Below, one piece after another: positions 59,216 through 64,000 of a stretch of DNA of 64,000 bases. A program made the position numbers and the translations under genes. A model generated the notes under the pieces. The model was given only the letters and a program-made list of their open reading frames with translations. It did not search any database and had not been told where the DNA came from. Positions within the stretch are counted from its first letter, which is position 1, and each line of letters opens with the position of its first letter. Source of the stretch: a bacterium (GTDB lineage: Bacteria; UBA8248). The DNA lies in the NCBI GenBank assembly GCA_965219955.1, contig OZ244799.1, forward strand, positions 2,880,001-2,944,000, written 5' to 3'.

Positions 59216-59617
59216 TTGTCAGGGGGGCTTTTTCTCGCCGGAAGTGTTACGGGAATGGATTCAGGAACGGCACGGAAATGAAAATAATGATATTTTCGAT
59301 AAAATCAGATAAATTCACGGGGTTTTTCGATAAATTCCTGAAAATTTCTTTTCTCTTAACTGGTTGTAATGTAAGGAGTTGCCCTCATATCTCGTCCCTC
59401 CGCACCCTGATTCGGCGATAAAAAAAGTTTTTGGCTCCCCCGCATTTGCCCGCAACTGCCCGCATTCGGGCGCGCCGGCGGGAGCGGCAATCAGAGGGCG
59501 GGGCGGCCCCCCTGCCCCGACCCGCCTGAACCGGGCGCCCGTATACGAAACGCCCCGCCTGGGCTATAATCGCCGCATCCAACCCAACCGTATCCGCATC
59601 ACCATGTGGAGGAAGAC

Positions 59618-60940
59618 ATGGACGATCTCAAACGACATGCCGTCGATTACCTCGACGGCCAGGCGGGCGAGGCGCGCGAAATCGCCCGCGAAATCTGGAA
59701 CTTCGCGGAAATCGCTCTCGAGGAATTCAAGTCCGCGGAACTGCTCGAAGACGTGCTCGAGCAAAACGGATTCGAGGTGCAGCGCGGCGTCGGCGACCTC
59801 CCCACCGCCTTCATCGCGAAGTGGGGCGACAGCGGCCCCGCCGTGGGAATTCTGGGGGAATACGACGCGCTGCCCCACTGCGGGGATTCCCACGAGAAAC
59901 AGGGCCACGGCTGCGGACACAACCTCTTCGGCACCGCGAGCTCCTACGCCGCCATCGCCGCGGCGCGCGCCTTGCGCGAATCGGGGACGAAGGGCCAGGT
60001 CGTCTGCTTCGGCTGCCCGGCGGAGGAGACCCTGGAGGGCAAGGTGTACATGGCGCGCGACGGCGCTTTCGACGGCCTCGACGCGGCCGTCACCTGGCAC
60101 CCCGGGGACAAGAGCTTCACCCGGGGCGGCAGCACCAACGCGATGGATTCCATCGTCTTCGAGTTTTACGGCGAGACGGCCCACTCGGCCCGCGACCCGT
60201 GGAACGGCAGGAGCGCGCTCGACGGCGTGGAAATCATGAACTACGGCGTCAACATGATGCGCGAGCACGTCATCGAGCCGGTCAAGATCCACTACGTCAT
60301 CACCGACGGCGGGGTGGCGCCCAACGTCGTGCCCTCCTACTCGCGCGTGTGGTATTACGTGCGCGCGCCCAAGAGGGCGATGGTCAACGAACTGAGCGAA
60401 CGCGTACGAAACTGCGCGAAAGCGGGCGCGCTGGCGTCGGGCACCACGATGAAGGAGACCCTCCTCACCGCCGTGTACGAGAACCTCCCCAACAACGCCC
60501 TGGCCCATTGCGTGCAGCGGAACCTCGAATTCGTGGGGGCGCACAGCTACTCGGACGAGGCGAAGGAATTCGCCCGCAAACTGGGCTACGAGACGCCGCT
60601 CTCGGAAGATGTCTCGCCCCTCGACCCGGCGGACATCCGCCCGAGCAACGAGCGCGGCAACGTGAGCTGGCTCACGCCCCTGGGCAACCTGATGACGACC
60701 TGCCACGCGCCGGGGACGCCGGGGCACTCATGGATGGCCACCCAGCAATACGGCATGGAAATCGGGGAGAAGGGCATGATGACCGCCGCAAAGACCATGG
60801 CAGCCACCGCGCTGGAACTCATCACCGATGAGAACGTATTGAAGCAGGTGCGAGAGGAGTTTCAAGAGAAGACGAGAGGCTTTACTTACGACCCCATCAT
60901 CCCCGAGGGGCAAAAACCGAACCCCCTGGGCATGAGGTAG
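59618..60940 (+). CDS. M20 amidohydrolase (AbgB-like)
   Basis: GEYDALP, GHGCGHNL, PAEE, WHP, GRSALD, GG.APNVVP, PGHSW. Confidence 0.92.
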   Translation: MDDLKRHAVDYLDGQAGEAREIAREIWNFAEIALEEFKSAELLEDVLEQNGFEVQRGVGDLPTAFIAKWGDSGPAVGILGEYDALPHCGDSHEKQGHGCGHNLFGTASSYAAIAAARALRESGTKGQVVCFGCPAEETLEGKVYMARDGAFDGLDAAVTWHPGDKSFTRGGSTNAMDSIVFEFYGETAHSARDPWNGRSALDGVEIMNYGVNMMREHVIEPVKIHYVITDGGVAPNVVPSYSRVWYYVRAPKRAMVNELSERVRNCAKAGALASGTTMKETLLTAVYENLPNNALAHCVQRNLEFVGAHSYSDEAKEFARKLGYETPLSEDVSPLDPADIRPSNERGNVSWLTPLGNLMTTCHAPGTPGHSWMATQQYGMEIGEKGMMTAAKTMAATALELITDENVLKQVREEFQEKTRGFTYDPIIPEGQKPNPLGMR

Positions 60941-60986
60941 AAACCATCGGCGAATCATTCATCACCACGAACCAGGAGAGCACACC

Positions 60987-61826
60987 ATGAAATTCGGCGT
61001 CGCGATTTTTCCGACCGATTACTCCATCGCCCCGCACCGGGTCGCCAAGGAGGCGGAAGACAGGGGCTTCGAGTCCATCTTCTTCCCGGAGCACACCCAC
61101 ATTCCGGCGAGCCGGAAAACCCCCTGGCCCGGCGGCGCGGAACTCCCGAAGGAATACTCGCACTCGCTCGACCTTTTCGTGGCGTTAGGCGCCGCGGCGG
61201 CCGCGACGGAAAAAATCATGCTCGGCACGGGCATCTGCCTCGTCATCGAGCGCGACCCCATCACCCTGGCCAACGAGGTGGCCACGCTCGACCACATCTC
61301 GAACGGCCGCGTGCTTTTCGGGATCGGCGGTGGCTGGAACCGCGAGGAGATGGAAAACCACGGGACGAACTACCAGAAACGCTGGATCGTCCTGCGCGAG
61401 CGCATCGAGGCGATGAAGGCCATCTGGACGGAGGATGAGGCCAGCTATCATGGCGATTTCGTGGATTTCGAGCGCATCTGGTCCTGGCCCAAACCGGTCC
61501 GGAAACCGCACCCGCCCATTCTCGTGGGCGGCAACGGGGCGAGGACGCTTGATCGCGTGATTCGCTACGGAGACGAGTGGATGCCGCTGCCGCGCGGGGG
61601 CCTGGACCTCTCGCCGCGAATCCGGGAGCTTCAGGATATGGCCGCCAAGGCGGGGCGCCCACCCGTTCCGGTCACCATTTTCTTCGCTCCCCCGGACCTC
61701 GAGCAGTTGCGTGAATTCGAGGACCTGGGTGTGGGGAGAAGTCTCTTCCACCTGCCCTCGGCAAAAGAGGACGTCATCCTGCCGAAACTGGACGAGTTGG
61801 CCGGCGTCGTGGCGCAATACGGCTAA
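60987..61826 (+). CDS. LLM-class, probably F420-dependent oxidoreductase (Rv2161c-like)
   Basis: GFESIFFPEHTHIP.SR.TP.P, ERDPI.LA..VATLD, GWNREEM..HG. Confidence 0.9.
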   Translation: MKFGVAIFPTDYSIAPHRVAKEAEDRGFESIFFPEHTHIPASRKTPWPGGAELPKEYSHSLDLFVALGAAAAATEKIMLGTGICLVIERDPITLANEVATLDHISNGRVLFGIGGGWNREEMENHGTNYQKRWIVLRERIEAMKAIWTEDEASYHGDFVDFERIWSWPKPVRKPHPPILVGGNGARTLDRVIRYGDEWMPLPRGGLDLSPRIRELQDMAAKAGRPPVPVTIFFAPPDLEQLREFEDLGVGRSLFHLPSAKEDVILPKLDELAGVVAQYG

Positions 61827-61833
61827 AAACAAG

Positions 61834-61870
61834 AAAAAAGCCCCCGGCAGGCTACAACCCGCCGGGGGCT
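61834..61870 (-). terminator. Intrinsic terminator between convergent genes
   Basis: AGCCCCCGGC / GCCGGGGGCT stem followed by a T-run on the minus strand. Confidence 0.8.
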
Positions 61871-61887
61871 GATGCGTTCGGATTCGG

Positions 61888-62352
61888 CTAGTGGCAGATG
61901 ATCCCGTTTTTCTCGGCATACTGCTGGTGGTAGTCCTCGCCCATCCAGAATCGCGAGGCCTGCGTAATCTCGGTCACTATCGGCCCCCAATGACGCCCTG
62001 ACGCCTCCTGCTCCTCCCTGGACGCCTGTGCCGCAGTTTCTTGTTCGGGTGAGAAGAAATAAACCGCCGAGCGGTACTGGGTGCCCACGTCGGGCCCCTG
62101 GCGGTTCAGCGTGCACGGGTCGTGAATCCGCCAGAAGAGATCCAAAAGCTCCTGATAAGAAACTTTTTCGGGTTCGAATTCCAGATAGACGACCTCCGCA
62201 TGCCCCGTGCGGCCCGTACACACCTCCCGGTAGGTGGGCTCGTCCTTCGCGCCGCCCGAGTACCCCACCGCGGTGTACGCCACGCCTTCCACCTTGCGGA
62301 ACGCCGCCTCTACTCCCCAGAAACAACCTGCGCCGAACATGGCCTTTTCCAT
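61888..62352 (-). CDS. msrA: Peptide methionine sulfoxide reductase A
   Basis: GCFWG, GY.GG, TGHAE, QYRS, EDYHQQY. Confidence 0.96.
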   Translation of the reverse strand: MEKAMFGAGCFWGVEAAFRKVEGVAYTAVGYSGGAKDEPTYREVCTGRTGHAEVVYLEFEPEKVSYQELLDLFWRIHDPCTLNRQGPDVGTQYRSAVYFFSPEQETAAQASREEQEASGRHWGPIVTEITQASRFWMGEDYHQQYAEKNGIICH

Positions 62353-62381
62353 AAACAACGCTCCTCGATGAGAGACAAGAA

Positions 62382-63479
62382 TTACGGCTCTAGCTCAATA
62401 CTCCCTGGCGGGCCATCCACCACCTCGCCGAATACGGCGGCGGAAGCCACGCCCGCTCCGTGAAGTTCGTCCAACAGCGCTTCCGCCTTCGCCGCATCCA
62501 CCGCGATGATGAGCCCGCCGGAGGTCTGCGCGTCGTTGAGCAGGGCGAGCATCTCCTCATCGACGCCCGGTTTCGGCTCGACGAAGGGCTTCGTCCACAA
62601 GCGGTTGCGATCGCCCCCACCCGCCGTGCCCGCAATGGCGTGGGGGAGCAAATCCTCGAACCTGGGCACATCGGAGAACACGACGCGCGCGCGCGCGCCG
62701 CTGGCCTCCATGACGTTGTGCAGATGGCCCAGGAGGCCGAACCCGGTCACGTCCGTACAGGCGTTCACGCCCACCCGCATCATGCACTCGCTCGCCATTT
62801 TATTCAGAGCCTGCATCGAAGCCACCGCCTCTTCGAACACGCCGTCGCGGAGTTTGCCGTTTTTGCCGAAAATGCCGCGCGCGGCCTTAAGCACCGGGTT
62901 CACCTGTTTCGTGACGTTGGTGACGACGCCGGTGCCGATTTTTTTCGTCAAAACGAGCTTATCGCCGGGTTTCGCCCCCTGGTTCGTTACCATCTCTCTG
63001 GGGTCGACGGTTCCCGTGACGGCGATGCCGTATTTGGGCTCCACGTCGTCCACGCTATGGCCGCCCACGATGACGCCGCCCGCCTCGCGCATCTTGTCCG
63101 CACCGCCGGCCAGGATTCTCCCCAAAATGTCCAAACCGATATGGCAGGGGAACCCCACCAGGTTCAGCCCGGTGATCGGCTGTGCGCCCATGGTGAAGCA
63201 ATCGCTCAGCGCGTTGGCCGCGGCTATCTGGCCATAGGCGTAAGGGTCGTCCACGATGGGGGTGAAGAAATCCACCGTCTGGACGATGGCCAGATCTTCC
63301 CTGAGCCGATAAACGCCCGTATCGTCCCCAGCGTTCGTTCCGTAGAGCAGGTTGGGGTCCGAAAACGGCTCGAACTGGCTCAACGCCTCTCGCAGGTCCT
63401 CCGGACCCAGTTTCGAGCCTCACCCCCCCGCCTTGACCATCCGGGTAAGCTGAACTTTTCTCTCCGATGCCGTTGCCAT
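62382..63479 (-). CDS. selD: Selenide, water dikinase, selenocysteine-containing
   Basis: QTVDFFTP, AANALSD, GGHS, DVTGFGLLGH, QTSGGL; upstream ATG with AGGAG RBS reads in frame through TGA (codon 20, 63420-63422) in GG-U-GSK. Confidence 0.93.
63377..63419 (-). promoter_or_regulatory. Putative bacterial SECIS element
   Basis: Immediately 3' of UGA: GGCTC..GAGCC lower stem and GGTCC-GGA-GGACC apical hairpin. Confidence 0.65.
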
Positions 63480-63610
63480 TATCTCTCCTGAAACCTGGAC
63501 GCGGCTTGGGAAAATTCCCGTCCGGGGGGATAATAATACATCTTCAGATGATTAACAAAAAACTGCTGTCTTTCCCCCGTTTCCAATGAATGCGCCAGAA
63601 AGGACTCCTG

Positions 63611-64000
63611 ATGAAAGTCGTGATTTCAGATGATTACCAAGACTGCATCCGCCGCCTCGAGTGTTTCTCCAAGATGGCGGGGCACGACGTCACCATCCAC
63701 AACGACACGCTCGATGATATCGATGCGCTGGCAGAGCGGTTCCGGGAAGCCGAAGCCATCGTCCTGATCAGGGAACGAACCCATATGACGGAAGAATTGC
63801 TCAGCAGACTCCCCAATCTCAAAATCGTGAGTCAGACGGGCGCCGGTTTCGGCGGGCACGTCGATCTGGAAGCCTGCACGCGCCACAAGGTGGCCGTTGC
63901 CGCAGGCGGCACGGGCACGCACTCGACGTGTGAACTCACCTGGGGCCTCATCCACTGCGCCATGCGTTCCATCCCCCGGGAGATCCAGAATCTGGCGGAA
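63611..64000 (+). CDS. D-2-hydroxyacid dehydrogenase family protein (truncated by window end)
   Basis: AAGGA RBS; MKVVISDDYQ, LIRERT, LPNLK..SQTG, HVDLEACT, TCELTWGLI. Confidence 0.88.
   Translation, partial: MKVVISDDYQDCIRRLECFSKMAGHDVTIHNDTLDDIDALAERFREAEAIVLIRERTHMTEELLSRLPNLKIVSQTGAGFGGHVDLEACTRHKVAVAAGGTGTHSTCELTWGLIHCAMRSIPREIQNLAE

Noticed and set aside
47733-59230. CRISPR array or integron attC array
   Set aside because: The repeats are heterogeneous and irregularly spaced; no cas or intI gene and no attC GTTRRRY/RYYYAAC boundaries recognised
61888-62352. Sec-containing MsrA next to selD
   Set aside because: The active site is GCFWG with a Cys codon

Overview
High-GC bacterial chromosome segment. 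It is mostly housekeeping and metabolic genes: acnA, rlmN, nth-like, tlyA-dxs-ispA-xseB-xseA-folD, cysE-iscS-iscU, greA, hydantoinase A/B, maf-ispB, thiI, msrA, a selenocysteine-encoding selD, two F420/LLM oxidoreductases and a fused FeS-molybdopterin oxidoreductase. Outside a repeat-free, lower-GC block at about 10.3-26 kb, the intergenic DNA is packed with nested palindromic repeats of at least six families. One family has an apparently autonomous copy: a small GIY-YIG nuclease between 30-bp inverted hairpin repeats. The most striking locus is 47.7-55.7 kb. There a TbpB-like surface lipoprotein gene with mosaic codon composition sits behind a structured leader and a ~190-bp segment bounded by 16-bp inverted repeats. 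That segment holds a near-consensus sigma70 promoter pointing away from the gene, a candidate invertible phase-variation switch in the OFF state. The lipoprotein gene and its neighbours are each bracketed by direct repeats, like cassettes. No rRNA, tRNA, CRISPR array, recombinase or transposase was recognised. Product calls rest on motifs recognised by eye; no database searches were run.
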